DNA of 64,000 nucleotides. Origin: Botryllus schlosseri. Lineage: Eukaryota. This document shows, piece after piece, positions 25,769-41,280 of this stretch. How positions within the stretch are numbered: the stretch's first letter is position 1; each line of letters opens with the position of its first letter. The notes beneath the pieces are model-generated. The model had not been told where the DNA came from, did no database searches, and worked only from the letters and a program-made list of their open reading frames with translations. A program made the position numbers and the translations under genes. The stretch lies in assembly GCA_051294905.1 (NCBI GenBank), contig CM119371.1:994001-1058000 (forward strand), read 5' to 3'.

Positions 25769-27096
25769 CAGTGTTGAGATGACTCGAGTCATGACTCGAC
25801 TCGAGTCAGACTCGAGTCACTGTTTTCGTATGACTTGACTTGACTCGAGTCACTTTGTGAAAATGAGTTGACTTGACTCGACGCTTCAAAAATGCAGATT
25901 GACTCGAAGCAAAATTTACGAGTAAATTTCAAGTCATCAAGTAATCGATGTTGACTAGATCGCCGTATCTTGTATAAGTTCGGATTGTTAAACGATCACT
26001 CAACGATTGTGAGTTTTACCTAGCCTCCATTGTTGCATAACTAATGAATTGATCGTTAACGCAGAGATCTGAGCTTATAGCTTACGTCGTCGTAAACTTA
26101 CTCACCTCAACCAGCCTTCTTGCGTGCTTTAAATCGAACGAATATCATCCATACGTTTATAATTGTATATCATGGATAGATATGTTGGTAGGGTATCGCT
26201 CCATATCATTTTATGAAATTTTCTGATACTTCATATGCTATCCTATATTTCGGCTGATAATCATAGATCAGGGGTGGGCACTGGGCAAAGCTGCTTCACA
26301 CACGAGCCGCATTTCAAAAATCACTACACAAAAATGTATATATACTGATATATTTCGTTATAAGGAATTGTAGGGTATCGAACGAAGTTCATTATTGTGT
26401 GGTATAAGACGATGCGTCTCCCCCTGGGCTGCAAGGTGTTTGAAATCGGACTGATAGTGCGGAGCTCGGTAATCATAATACTTCGAAAATATGTCGATTT
26501 CGGGTGAATCTTGGCTATTATGCTTTTGGTGTTTGGTTTCGTAATGACGTTTCAATTCTTGCTTTGTGATTATTGGTCGAATCTTGGCGGAAAAGGCACA
26601 GTTGCTTACGTTCATTATCACTGAATGTACATTGCACACTCATTGTAGAGCCGCAATCAAAGAATCAAAGAGCAGATTGCGGCTCGCGAGTCGCAGCTTT
26701 CCCACCACTGTTATAGACTGAGGCTATTCCGCTGTACTTGCATAGTTTGACAGTTCTACTTGTGCATGAGCGATAGAACGCCTTCTTGCGTGTATAATCC
26801 CTCATTCGTTCCTTGATTCAGTATAAATGGGGATTCCATCTGTATTTAAATCAGTTAGCAAAATGCAACGAACTTGAATCATATATCGTACTTAGAAAGT
26901 TCAACTTGACTCGACTAGTGACTTGACTTGTGACTTGACTTGACTCGACTCGACTCGAGTCACCTCCAAAAATCATGTGACTTGACTTGACTCGAGTCAC
27001 CTTTGAAATTCGAGTGACTTGACTCGACTCAAGTCAAAATCTGCAATGACTCGAGATGACTCGTGACTCGAAGGTAGTGACTTGATCCCAACACTG
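25769..27096. mobile_element. GACTCGAGTC-family hAT MITE with nested hAT derivative 26269-26710
   Basis: Exact TSD ATAATTAC; nested element has TSD TCATAGAT/TTATAGAC and a LKRHYETKH BED-finger-type remnant on the minus strand. Confidence 0.9.
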
Positions 27097-27942
27097 ATAA
27101 TTACTCGATTTGTTATGAAACGAGCGAAGTATTGTGTTTGTGCCATACAGGAATTGCAACCCTGTGTTATTGCTTACATGCCATTTAAGGGCCAAAAAGA
27201 GCGATTGCCCGGGTGACCAGGTGTCCTCATTAGAGAGATGTTTCAATGTGCACTGGGCCGGTTTACAAAACTGCTGCAAGCAAAAGTACAGGACAGTGCT
27301 TTTCAACTTGATCAGCCGGCGTGGCGGTAAAATTTCCAAAAATCAACGTCAACAAGGAATGTGATCACAAAAGTATGCGATTCAAAACAAAGAATCTGAA
27401 CATTAATTTAGTGAGAAATTCGGCGCTATCCTTTTGATATCACACACTTGGACTAGATAATTCTAGTTGTCAAATTTACTAATTAGAAGAAAATACCAGT
27501 AATCGAATTTTAATTCTAATCAAATTTCTGTTTTTTTGGAAAATGCTACAAGAGAAGTGTATCGTGTGAAACGAGTCAAGGTTGGTGTGCAGACATTTGT
27601 CATTGTCATGCTGATCAGAATGAGGTCTGATCTGATATAAAGCGAACACCATTCCATGTCCAAGTTTTCGTGAATTGAGTGGTTCTAATTTCAATCTTAT
27701 TTGGACAAAAATGTGTAACTATAACTCTATAACTAATCTAAGTTGGAAAAGAATGTCTAGTTATTATTCTAGTCTGATTTGTAGCTACCATTCTAATTCC
27801 AATGAAATTTGGAAAAGCTAAAAATGATCTAGTTGTCCAAATCTGGCTTAGAAAATACCCGGGGCTATCGTGTAAAACCCGGTAAGGAACCACTGCTCTA
27901 AGGTAATTACTATGTATGATGATAGTTGTGATTCCGACATAC

Positions 27943-28076
27943 CTTAAATTTTTTACAGATTACACTTCTAGGATTGTGAACTCAGAGTCGAGTTGTGGAG
28001 AAAAAGACTCTTGAATATCCCAGTTTGACACGTTTCTTCTATTCTGTTGCGTTGAGACTTTCAGCGGCTAGCGTTC
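27943..28076 (-). pseudogene. Decayed paralog of the CARD-like exon at 41137-41280
   Basis: Nucleotide similarity including intron flanks; in-frame stop (LNATE*KKRVK) and deletion. Confidence 0.55.
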
Positions 28077-29796
28077 CTACACAGAAAACCACAAGTGGTG
28101 AATGTAGTCAATATTGCAATTTTTTACAAGTGGTAATTGGTTAACCGGAGTTGGCTACTTTCAAAGTAGCTTCACGACGAAAGCAAAATGATTCATGACA
28201 CTAACACACAATACACAGGTAGAATATTTGTAATATTTGGAATTACCTAGACACAGGGGGCTGTAATTCACCGCGATAAGTAATGCTACTTACCCCAAAA
28301 CTACTTTCTACTTTTTAATATATAAATTGCAAAAGTAAGTAGTCTGGTCTGAAAGAAGAAGTGGAAATAATTTAAAAACATAAGCAGTTGAACTGCTAGT
28401 TCAAGTAGACACTATCTACTGAAAGTTTTCAGGACACAAAATGGAGTCAGATGCCAAGCGATTAGTAATTTTCACAGCCGATCAAAACTTCGAGTTGAAA
28501 CAGCGACCGTGAACTTTCAAAATTAGTAAATAATGGCTGTAAAAAGTAGCAGGTCAGTCGTTTCGTTTGGATGTTATGATGATTCGTTATGATACAAACG
28601 TATCGGAACGTTACTTTGATAAAACAAGTTATTCAAAATTATATTATACCGTACAATGCCAAAGGCCGCATTGCAGGTCTGCCAAATATACTACGATTTT
28701 AAATCTCAATTTCCGAAATGAAACAAGTTGTACGCCAGCTCATTAGTTACTGAATTGATTTAGAAATTTGGAGCAAAATTTCTGCATTGTATCATGGCAC
28801 AGTGGATGACCTGCTTTGGACTTGGCATACATCACAATTCACAATGCTGCAATTGCTGTGCCATACTGTTTAAAAGTAGCCTCCCCTGCAACTGGTTCAA
28901 GAATATTTGCTGGTGAAACCCAAGGCTGTAGCCAAGCCACAAGGTTCCTAGTCTCAAGTCCATTACACGGTTATAGCTTCGACTCAAGTCAAGTCGGACT
29001 TCACGTCAGGGAGCAATGCGCGGAGTCTGAGTCATTGTGTTAACACTCGAGTCCGGGTTTAAGTCATGGTGTTTATTGTTCAGTGTCGAGTTCAAGTCAG
29101 GTTCAACTCACTTCTATAAAACTGTTGGGTGATATTTAAGGCATATAAGTCACAAGATACTCAATTTTATCACTCTAAATACTGTATGCTTATTGAATCA
29201 GATAACAGACAGTTACCGGGTCAATTTTTCAGTTATCAGTATGCTACTGACATAAGAGATTTGATTACGTGATATATAATATGTCGAGTCATGCGCAATG
29301 ACTCTAATATAAGTCAATTCGATACAAAAATTGACTAGAGTAGAATTAAGGCATTTTTCATTTCTAAGAAAATGACTCGGGTCAAGTTAAGTCAACGAAA
29401 AATTGTGACTGGAGTCATTACATTCCTGGCCAAACCTAAAAAGACTTGTTAAAAAAATTGTTACATTTTTAACGTACCCTTTTGAGACATCTGAGAGTAT
29501 GATAGAGTCCAGTCCACACCAAGGCCGCAGTAATTAGATAATAAATCAGAGAATCATGTTATTGGTTTTCACACTTTGCGTCGCGGTAACTTCAATACAA
29601 CCACATAAAACACACGTAATATCAAAATGGCACCAGCAACTTTTTCATTCGATTAAACTTTCAGATATCAACTTTCAATTTGCACATAATTGCCATAAAT
29701 ACATGTTGGTATGATTTCAATTCTCGATGACTATTCTGGAGTATGTCAGTATCACAACATTGACAAGCTTGTACTGAATATTGGCCCCTAAGTACC

Positions 29797-30600
29797 TGGT
29801 CACACGAAACCTTCCCAGTCGAGATACAAATTCCTCTAGTCATTCATTTCATTCTTCTGCTTCGTCTGTTGAGTGATCATCCAGTTCGGGATGCTCTGAA
29901 ATGGCAGTCACACACATGGTTAAAGGCAGACTTGTATAAATCACCAAGCTAGTTGACGGTAAATTAACTACAGGTTATCCTGTAGTTCTAGATGAGGATT
30001 TCGAACATTGAGTAGTGCTAATTTGGCATTTTAAAGATAATTCAGTTGTGAAACAACCAGAAAATAGGTGCTATTGTTATGTGTTTTGTTGTGTGATGTT
30101 CTTGCAGCCCACGCTAGGTCAGACTCATAGTTACTAACAGTGGCATAGCCAGGGGTCGGTTTTATGGGTACAAATGACTCTCTTTTCAAGCTCCAACCTC
30201 CTTCCTTACGAAATGCCGATTCTATACCAAATATGTCTTAGCTCATTTGCAATTCGGTAGTTCATATTATTTACAGATACGAGTTTTTAGTAGGTTGGTC
30301 CAGACTTTTAAACGTCGTTGGTTGTAGATCTAGTTATAGCTGAGAGTTTTGAAAGATCAGTACCGATTTAGCAGATCCAATAGTTTGTGCAAGTCTGGTT
30401 GCACCGCGGAACAGTGGAATGAATTAAGTATAGCCACGGCAACATACGTTATCCTCACCATTCAGCGCATTGAAATTTTTTTCCATCTTAAGAGGTCTCG
30501 AATTGGATGAAGCACATCTGTTGGACAATTCAATGGCGGAGTTGATGAAGATCTGAATACATGACGTCAAAAACGTGACAGCAACTTATGCAATTTCATG
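29797..30600 (-). repeat. Segmental duplicate of ~37870-39130 (two pseudo-exons plus a shared CTAGAA-family transposon)
   Basis: Collinear similarity; the same element (29928-30397 and ~38016-38520) sits at the homologous position in both copies. Confidence 0.65.
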
Positions 30601-33600
30601 AATACATGGACGAATTGTACAATGTGCTTGCACCTTATCACTAGGCCTATACAACTAATACTCAGGTAATATAGAGACACTGCAGTGAATATATTGATCT
30701 GGGATATATCTATCCCTTGATGGCGTGCATACTAGTTGAAGAGCCATGAGAGGCCAATGTTTAAACAACAAACATAAGATTATATTGTCCTTTATAACAT
30801 CTGTAGGCTACTTATCGTGGACCAGGTTTTGTAAAACTTTTTTAGACACGGTCCCTCTATTTATGGTGAGAAATTTCGCGCCCTCTTATCGTGATATCAC
30901 AAAATATCGAAGAGAGCAATGAGAATGTAAGCAATCTCAAAGGATAGTTTAATGGCATTGAAACGTTACGAGATACTTCTCAAATATGAAATCCGGGACA
31001 GAGCAATAACCACGAATTGTACGTAAATCGCAAGGAACACGAAACATTTTCAGTCAACAGCTAAATTCGATTATGGTCAAGTAATGGAGTGCCACTCGAT
31101 GTTCAAATATGTACTGTTTATGCTACTACAATGAATATAATCCCTGTTATCCATCTCATAAAAGATACTTCGATAGTTTTTCGACCATACCGATTATATT
31201 CCGCTTGCTGACTATGTTGTAAGATAATCATGATTTTGGGAATGGGCTACGTTCAGTCCCCTTCGTAGCTTTGCAATATCCTATATGTTTCGTAAGCTAA
31301 GATACAGCCAATCAAGGTTTCAACAGTAAAAATTAGTATGGAAATTTTAATTCTTGTTGATAAATTAACTATCAGTGTCAAGGATCGCATATTTTCAGTG
31401 CTCGAATCATTGTGCCTAGCCTTATTTATTGGTCATCACGTGTCATAAACAGGAGTGTGCAGAAGTGATCAATTTCTATTTTTAGTCATCATGATACCAA
31501 CTTTTGTCGTTAGGGGTCGACGCAATGACAGGACAAGATTTAGGGGCCCATACACTAGCTAGATAAAAGGTTAAAACACACAGCACTAGACTCTGGGATT
31601 AATCCAATATAATGTAACAGATTATCGAGAAGTGAAATAGTTGGCTTTCGGAGATACCAGATTCATTTTTGCTAGCACCATCGAGATGCTTTAACGCTGG
31701 AGTTGCAATTCGACCTGCAAGCAAGGACATCTAGTCTGCACCAACCCTTCTTCTCCTCCATGCTATCCGTGGATGCTGAGCGCGCAGCAGGATAGCCACG
31801 TATACCAGTTTTTGAGTCTTCGGTCAGACATGGCCGATGGTCGAATCCACAACCCGGACGCATCACCATTGCGTTATCTAGCTCGGAGACCAGGGCTGAT
31901 ATGAGGCAGTAGACTAAAAATGATTGAAAACATTTCAAATTTATGTAGTCAAATGTAGCCTGACCTATTTCTTTGTACAGAGATAGTCTACTTCAACGCT
32001 TCGAAACACATTTTCAAGGAGACCCTTTAACAAAACTAATTAGAATCCGTAAAATATTTTGGCCAAAACAAATTGAGGGTTCTTATATTTGGTGTCAAGG
32101 TCAAGGACTGCATCGCGCATATTACTCACCACCGGCAACTATACCGACGTAAGAGAAAAGACGGTAATTTTCGTTTTTATATTCATATAACGTTGAATTG
32201 CATAAAATCTTGAGATGGTTTCACGATATCTGGAAGAATAGGTCAAATATTTGTGAGGGATGTATAGAGCAGACAACCGAATGGATATTGATGCAGACAC
32301 TGATGCTACTAACTCAGAATAATGTGACATCGGAAGTTAGAGACGAGATAATAGTCTCTAGTAGAGTTGAGATTGTGGGTACCGTTGATGCTATTCAAGT
32401 AGATTGGTGAAATGGTTATTGGAGTCGAGATTGTTACCAAAATTGTTGCTACTCAAGTATAGTTGACGACATTGTCAATCAGTGGCATTGTCAACATTGA
32501 GGACATAGCTACATGCGCCTTTTAACGGGTCTCCACTGTCACTTTGAAAGTAGATTTTGCGGTGGCGAGAGAGACACCTGAAAATGTGTAGTTTGTGAAT
32601 ACAAGAGTCATATATATATATATGAAGAGGTCTTGGGAATGTGTTATGAGCTAGAGAATCACAGATTGTTTTCACGCAGCTATGCACTGCATCATAATTA
32701 CTGATTCGAACAAGGAGAGAGGAAATCCTTCGAATAATGCGAGTTTTTTGTTGTCTTGACCCAAGTCATTTACTTGGAAAATGGAAATGGCAAATGACTC
32801 AACTCAACTGGAGAAACTTTGTGTATTGACTCAACTTGAACTCGAGTCATGGAGCATGATTCGACAAACTACTATGACTTGAAAAATTCTATATGACTCG
32901 AATCAAGTGTGGCGTAACAGGTTGTGGAACTGTTTGAGACTCGTGTCTAGTTATGAATCGAGTTATTACAAGTCTGCTAAATGTTCATTATCAGTTAACA
33001 GAGATTCTTACAATTTTGAAAAATTACTGGCAAATTAGTACCAAAAGGCAAAGCAAAAGCCTGCAGCACATTGTCTCAATATGCCTAATAATACTACTGA
33101 CACCGGCACTGTTCAGAAATACTGAATTTAAATATAACTTCAAAAGTAGTTGATGACAAGTCTTGTAAATGGCTTGTAATTGCCTAAAAATGAACAGCAT
33201 TACTGCTACTTCAATCGCCAGACAGTGTAAGGCTAGAGCCAGGTTTGCAATGACTCCAACCGAGTCGGACTCGAGTCAATATCTTAATATTGGATATCGA
33301 TTCGAGTCACTTTGTCTGTTGACTTGAAGCGAATCATTTTTTTATTTCAAGATAATGACTGTAAGTCATTTAGAAAATTGCAAACCTACCGTTTAGTGAA
33401 TTTATTGGAAAGTTTGAGAACCACTGGGTTACAAGATCATAATTGTAATGCAGCTTCAATGTCGATGCCAATCCCAATTGTGTCTTGAGAAGTATGTCAC
33501 GGTATTAAACTGACCTGGTATTACAATGGAAAATGCCGTTACTTGACAGTTGAAAAATTGCTTGGATCTGATCCATAGAAAGACCTCGTCTGTAATGGCA

Positions 33601-35292
33601 AAGAAAAGACATGTCGGTCAATAAGCCATTCAAATTCAAACTTTACAGTCAGCCAATGTGTTGAGACTTTTTGTAATAGGCAAAAGCAATCATATCAGAT
33701 GTGGCGTCACATAATGAAAAAAAGACTCCAATCCGGAATCATTGATATGGCGATGAAAGAAAATCAGAACTTTCCCGTACGGCACCTTTCAGCCTGTTAG
33801 ACTTTGATGTTCGTCAGATTGATCGGCTGAGATTGCCGTAGGAATGTCTTTTTTGATCCGACTGATGAAGCATCGGGGGGATAGGACTTGAAATGAATGT
33901 CATGTGATGATCTTCCATGAGCAAGGTCTCTATTAGAAGAATCAGGACATGGAAATTTGACAAGGTCATGTAATTTCCCACACACATGATGTAGGCTACT
34001 ATGAGAAAGTATGGCATAATTGGATATGGAGAGGTGAGAGGTGTGCAATATGACTTCTTACTGACAGTGATAGCATACATTAGCACATTGTATTCGAAGA
34101 CTCAAAACACCATGAACAGCACACACACAACTTACATTCTAATAACAGTAGTTTCATATAGAGAATGTTACTAGTATGACTACTTACACTCATTGGCAAC
34201 CATGAGATGCACTTCATCCTTTTTTAAAGTTTCAACTGGACGTCTTTCCTGACAGTTGGAGAGAAACATCTGAGATTATCAAGTGCATTAAAGATGAATA
34301 GCTCTTATATGAATGTGTTCTGATCAATAGATCCACTGATTGTTTCCAGAACTCTATGCACTGCATTACTTACACTGATTTATAGTGGAGAAAAGAAATG
34401 ATTCACGTATTTCGATTTTTTGTCAACTTGACTCACCTTAAGTCATTTCCTTTGACAATGGAAATGGCAAATGTCTCCACTTCACTTGAGACACTTTGTG
34501 AGTGGACTCAATTTGTAGGCCTACTGCAGTCATTACGCATGTCTCTATGAATTTATATGACTCAGACATTCCATATTACTTGATTCGAGTCTCTTTTATC
34601 AGGATCAATACTTGAAAAATAGGCGTTAAATTGTCAGAGACTCGAGTCAAGTCAAGTCATGACTCGAGTCACTACAAGCCTGAATAAAGCCAATGCATGA
34701 TTATAAAAGGATGGTGCATCGAAAATCTTGCCTATTTGCGTTGCTGTTGTTCATTATCAATTAATCGAGAAGATGATTCTAGTCATTTCCAAAGCTAATA
34801 CTGGCAAATTATTATTAAAAATCTGCAAAACATTCAGTCAATCTATCCAGTAAAACAACACACTGGGATGCTTAAAAGAACTTCTGCTTTTGAATATTAC
34901 TTCAAGTAGTTGTAACAAGTCTCAAAACGCTCATAATTTATTAGAAATTACGGGGTCGACTCCAGACTTACTACCTTAGTGTTTGAGGTTTATCTCGCCT
35001 CCTCCTCGTGATATCATCTGTGTAAACGGTGTCTCATAAAAGCCCAGACGTGAGCCGTGCGACAAGTCGGCAGGTAAAGGATAGAAATGAAGAAAATTGG
35101 CCTGGTCTAAATGACCATGGTAGTCAACAAACACCATGAACACCACAAACAACAACAGAATTACTTCTACTTCAACCACAAGATAGTGCAAGGCTAGAGC
35201 TAGAGCTAGAAACTGTGTTTACCTGTAGTCATACACATGTTAGGAGTGAAAAGAATGAGTATATCATTGTTTTTACTGGTACTGCCAACAAC

Positions 35293-35859
35293 CAGTGTTG
35301 GGATGACTCGAGTCACTTTTTTCGTATGACTTGACTTGACTTGGCGTGTCGGAAATGTGGTTTGACTCGTGACTCGGAGAAAAGGTTTCGAGTCAATTTC
35401 AAGTCATCAAGTAACAGTGTCGATAAAAATGGCTGATCTTGCATATATTCGAATTGTTCTCGATACGCTGGTGTGACATGTAAGAGTGAGCAATCACTAT
35501 TTTGAATGATAATTATAGATTGAGGATATACGGTTATTTGAGTACTTCATCAGTTCTACCAATGTGTGGGCGATACGAAGCCTTTTTTTACATCTATTTT
35601 AAACTAGGTATAGTCGTCCCACGGTTCCAAACTAATGGCAACTTCCAAACAGCTACCGGTATCAAAATGCGATGATGCAATTATGCTTCGTACTTCAAAA
35701 AATCAACTTGAATTGAACTATGACTTGACTCGTGACTTGACCTGACTCGACTTAACTCGAGCCACCTTTGAAAATAGGATGACTTGACTTAACTCGAGTC
35801 AAATGTCAATGACTTGAAATGACTTGTGACTCGAAGGTAGTGACTTGGTTCAAACACTG
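35293..35859. mobile_element. GACTCGAGTC-family hAT MITE
   Basis: Termini cagtgttggg / caaacactg; TSD CCAACAAC/CCGACAAC. Confidence 0.85.
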
Positions 35860-38576
35860 CCGACAACACGCCACTATTCGGATCTGAAATCATGGATTTG
35901 CCAAAATAATGTAATTTATAATTTACTCACTTTTCACCTCCTCGTGTGTCAGTTGAACATTTATGTTTGTCAGATTCCGACTGATCGGTTGAGATTGTCA
36001 TGCAAACGTCTTTCACGAAAGAAATTTAGATATATCGGAGGAACAGCCTCTCAAATGAGATGTTATGTACAATGATATTCTGATGGCAATCCGCTGTAAT
36101 AAAAGCAAGAGTTGTTGTATAAAGTAGATTCAGTAAATGTAGCCATCTATAGAAAGCACAGCAGCCGACCACATTCATCTATTTTCTATAGTCACAGGCT
36201 GAAATGGTCAGGTTGTCCTCAGTGTTGCTCAGGTAGAAGTAACATCATACGTTTCTACTCAAGTGCAATTTACAAGTAACTTGAAAGACAAATGCCAGTT
36301 TTGCCAGAAAAATGAAAACTGTTCAGGTAGAAGTGTAACTATTTCTAAATCATAACAACTCGAGTACGGTAATTAGTACTAGCATGCAAAACTTATTTGA
36401 GATTTAAGTACTTTATGAAAAAATTTAGATGACTTCATTACTGACCACCACTGCTTGCACAGGACCTGATTTGGTTTTCTAGTTTATTTCACGTCCAAGC
36501 TTAGCAATGGACGTGTGTGCTTGAAGCGAGATGAAATATATTTTGAGCATCGGCGGCTACATCGGAATGATCAGCAAAGGTTTAGTTATCGGTTTGAGGG
36601 GTAGTTCATGAGATATCCGGTAATAGTCAGGCTCTAGTTCAACACACAATGGCAGGGGGCAGACTAGTACACCATACTCAACCAACCATTGGACCGGGAA
36701 CAACTTAATTTTCAAAACAAGCAGCTATAACTACTCATTTTTCAAAATTCACTATGAGAAATAGAAATTTAATTACTCAATTTTTAACAATTAGCAACTT
36801 GAGTTGGAACTACGCGATTTTTAAAATCCGTCACTAGAACTAGAACTACTTATTTTTCAAAACTAGCAATTAGAACTGGAACTACTCAAGTTTTCAAAAC
36901 AAGTAACTAGAAATAGAAGTATAATCACTCAATTTTCAAAAATTAGCAACTCGAGTTAAAACCGTAACCACGATCTTTTCAAAATCCGTAGCTAGAACTA
37001 GAACTGGCTTCTAGGGTGGAGTGAAAAATGGAAAATTTTGAATTTTAAAACGGACACTTGATATGTGGTACCAAATTGAAAAAAATATTCTATAATAATT
37101 TTGGGCTCGTGCACCCTCTAGTTGTCGAAATTGATTAGACTTTACTATAGTCAATCTGTATAATGACTCAGTTTGAACGTGAGTCATTGCGCATGACTCT
37201 GACCAAGTGATATGACTCGAGTCTGAAACGGCCAAGACCAACATACCATTGCAATTTCGAAGAATAATGAAGTAACCACAGTGTTGGTATTCCATCAATT
37301 GCTACTGGTACTTGAAAATGCAATCTGAAACTGTACAAAATGCGAAAATCAGTTTATATGTTTTAAATGTTAACCATTCAATATCGCCAGATATCGTTAT
37401 AAAAAGTAGTTTTAACAAGACTAAATCGAAACCGAGCAGTCAACGCAATGACTTTGACTCGGACTCGAGTCATAATTTCATGACTTGTACTTGACCCTCT
37501 GCTCGCTGACTTGGACTCGGAATGACTCGATGGTGAATTAAAAATGACTCGACTTGACTCGACTTGACTCGAGTTGAAACTATAAAAGTAAGATTGACTT
37601 GTGACTCGGAGCCTGCATGGTTGTCACTAAATGATTAAGAACTTCAACGTCACAAGATTTGAGAATAACACTTTCTGTTTTGGAATGACCGCAAGATCAG
37701 ACTACAGCTTCAATGACTACATCTACTTGCTCAACCTTGTAAATTGTGAATTTAACACTCACACACATACCTACACACAATACGGAAGTCTGTAAAATAC
37801 ATAAACAGAGCACGTCAGCACCACAATACCGACAAGTTTGTGCTGAATATCGAATATTGGCTCTCACGTACTTGGTCATAGGCGGTCGTGACACAAATTA
37901 CTCTTGTCCTCCTTTTGATTCTTTAGTTTCTTCTGTTGAAGCACATTGATAGCTTTGAATCTCACTCCCGTTCATGATCTTGCCCTGAAACAATACCCAA
38001 ACACACAGTTACAGCCAGATTTATACATACTACGAATCTAGTCAGTCGACGGTCATTAACTACTGGTTATCCCGTAGTTCTAGTTCTAGTTACAATATTT
38101 TTAATGCGAGTAGTTCTAGTTGCATTACGGAATAAGTTAGTTGCGAAACTATAAAACATGTGTCACCGTTTTGTGAATCGTGATATCGGTGTTCTATTGT
38201 GCGTTGTTTTTGCATTGCTAGCTAAGAGTCATCACTACTAACGTGGTTAAGCCCGGTGGTGGGTTTTGATTCACGGAACCCCTTTCATCGCAAGCTCGAT
38301 ATCCTGGCCTTTTGTAATGCCGAATCTATCTCCAATATTTCTTAGGTTGTACGTGATTCAGTAATTCGTATTATCCATTATTAGTCAGCTCTGTTTTAGT
38401 TAGTTGGTTTCAAGTTATCAAAGATAGTTAGTTCTATAAAATATAGTCTAGTTGTGGTTGCGAATTTTGGAAAATGAGTACCGTACAGATTTTGCAAATC
38501 CAATAGTTAGTAAAGGTCTTGTTGCAGCGCCGTAACAGTGGATTGAAAGTACCACTTAGCATGGACGCATATACAT

Positions 38577-38949
38577 TAGTGCGGAGCATGGACCGGAGCC
38601 GGGTTGGATATCCGGCCGGATTTTTTAAATTTTGGTTGGACCGGATCGGAGCCGGATCAGTACTTCTTTGATAATGCCAGAATCTCTATGGATAAGCATG
38701 ACGTTTGTAACTAAATAACTACCAACCACCAACACGAAAGTAACCGCCAAGCCAGTGCGAAAGGAAACCAGCTATATTTTAAAATTCATGGAACCACCGT
38801 ACCGTGTTAGGTCGGATTTCCAGCAGGACTTTTTAATTTTTGGCTGGAGCCGGGTCAGTACTTTTTCCTGATACGCCCGGAGCCGGACCAAAGAATTGAC
38901 AAACCGGATGGGAGCCGGACCAGAGAATTAGTCGATCCGCTCCTCACTA
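38577..38949. mobile_element. hAT MITE with CCGGAGCCGG repeats
   Basis: Termini tagtgcggagc / gctcctcacta; exact TSD ATATACAT; absent from the paralogous segment near 30440. Confidence 0.88.
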
Positions 38950-39342
38950 ATATACATACGTTTAATCGCCATTCAGCTCGCCGATACAATTTGTCGTTTC
39001 TTCCGGGGTCTTGGATTGGACGTAAGCACATCTCTTGGAGTGGCTGATGGGCTATCGCAGAATTGCTGACGAACTAAACAATATATATTGAAAATGCGAC
39101 AGAGACGTATTCAAATACACAAATACATGCAGAAAAACACGAGTTATACAGCGTATAAGGAGTCTTCAATTTTTTTTCAAATTCAACTGACTACATGATA
39201 AAGTTGTTAGTTTGGCTATAAAAACTCACTACACCAAACTTGGTTTAATACCAATCAGTAGCCGCGTTGCTACAAGAGATGAAAGGTTTGGATATAGCCT
39301 AATATATAAAAATTAAATATTTTTTTAATACTTTCTGATCAC

Positions 39343-39927
39343 CAGGGTTGTAACCAAGTCACAAGGCTCCGAGTCACAAGTCAATCTCACTTTTATAGTT
39401 TTGACTCGAGTCAAGTCGAGTCATTTCAATTCACCACCGAGTCAAGTCCGAGTCCAAGTCAGCGAGCAGGGTGCCGAGTCCGAGTCATGGAATTATGACT
39501 CGAGTCTAAGTCCAAGTCATTGTGTTGACTGTTCAGTTTCCAGTTGAAGTCTTGGTAAACCCACTTTTTATAGCTCTGTTTGGTGATATCCAATGGTTCG
39601 CATGTATAATATGCCAATTTTCCTCACTTTCACCAGTTTATGGTCGCATTTTCAAGTACCAGCACCAACAGACGAAATCCCAATAGTGTGTTGGCTTCAG
39701 AATTACAATGAAATATCGGTTTTGGCCGTCTGAGTCTCGAGTCAATGACTTGGTTCGAGTCATGCGCAATGACTCGAGTCCAAGTCGAGTCAGTACACAG
39801 AATGACTCGACTCGAGTCGAGTCATTTCCGTATTTTGAATAAATGACTCGAGTCAAGTCGAGTCATCAGAAAATCGTGAGTCGAGTCGGACTCGAGTCGA
39901 GTCATGACTCGAGTCATTACGACTCTG
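39343..39927. mobile_element. GACTCGAGTC-rich hAT MITE (second subfamily; older fragments at ~550-715, 21715-22200, 22420-22800, 28920-29430, 37130-37610)
   Basis: Termini cagggttgtaa / ttacgactctg; exact TSD CTGATCAC. Confidence 0.88.
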
Positions 39928-41136
39928 CTGATCACCCCATGAAATTTATAGTTTTTCGACAGAAACGCTGCCAAACAAATTTGGTCAATTCCAACCAATG
40001 GAAGCGGAGTTATTGCAGTTGAAAAATTAGGATATGAAAAAATTAATAACCTGCCCACCGTGAATACGACACCAATTATTCATATCCAAATTTCCGACTG
40101 CAATAACTCCGCTTCCACTGGTTGGAATTGAGCTAAATGTAGGATTGACGTTGAAACTTCTCAAAGCTTCAAAAGCGTGTTCGACTTTTCATGCTTGAAA
40201 TTGATGAATGCGTATCAGAGCTATTTTCTAACTTCCAATATTTACGCAGGGATTTATCAGATCTTGTATAACTCGAGATTCAGTGATAACTACACCGCGT
40301 CGATCTTTCTATTGGAACAGAAGTTGCTGAAATAGGATGGCATCATTTTATCAAAGCAATATTGTTAGCCGATACCAAAAAAGAGCAACACATTCGAGTC
40401 TGCTGTTTTGGACACTGCATTTCTGCTCCCTTTTGACCAAATGCAGTCGAGACAATGCTTTGTTAAGGTTAACCGGAAATTTAATTGCTCCTTCATGGCT
40501 GTGCATTACTGTATTAGGACTGTTCAAGAATAAGCTTTTTTCTGGATTCCAGCCATTCGGTGAATAAATAGTCAGGTTACCCTAAAAAACGCTGCACACC
40601 AAATTTGGTTCAATCCTGACAAGTATAAGGCTCCGCAGATCCAATTAAAATTTTCAATTTGCTAGGGAAGATATAAAAAAAAAAACCAAGGATAATAATC
40701 AGAGAATTATCAACGAAAAACTCGAATAACTCTTCTTCTACTAGTTGGAATTGACTGAAATTTGTTTTGCATCGTTTTTGAAGACAGCTCAACAATATCA
40801 CGGGGTTGACAGTAAAAATTCGAATTTTTTTTTCAATTTGACCTAATAAATTAAATATTTGAATCTAATTTTAAAAAATTGTGTAGCTTTAACTGTGATT
40901 CTGATCTAATTTGAAAAAAAAACAGTATATTTATAATTCTAAATGTAGTACAATTTGTACAAAAAAACGGTAGCTTTTGGCTATCATTCTAATTCCAATC
41001 TAATTTGAATTTGAAAATGATCTAGTTGTCCCAATCTGGCTGAGAAAACCCAGTTATCGTGTGAACCCCGGTTAGGAACCCCTGCTGCAAGTTAGCTTAA
41101 TGAGAAAGTATGCTAATAGTTGTGGTTATGACATAC

Positions 41137-41280
41137 CTTCAGCTTTTGACACTTCTAGTAAAATTGTCAGCACATAATCGAGTTGTACGTCTGCATTTTT
41201 CAGTTTGGCCCGATTTGCATTTTCAATCTTCACACGTTTCTTCCATTCTGTTGCGTTGAGACCTTCAGGGGCTTGCGTTT
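41137..41280 (-). pseudogene. CARD-like exon ETQAPEGLNATEWKKRVKIENANRAKLKNADVQLDYVLTILLEVSKAE; acceptor mutated to GG
   Basis: 144-bp open phase 1-1 frame, donor gtatgt; the paralog retains AG; NRxxL...DYVLxxLL resembles CARD helices 1-2 (by eye). Confidence 0.45.
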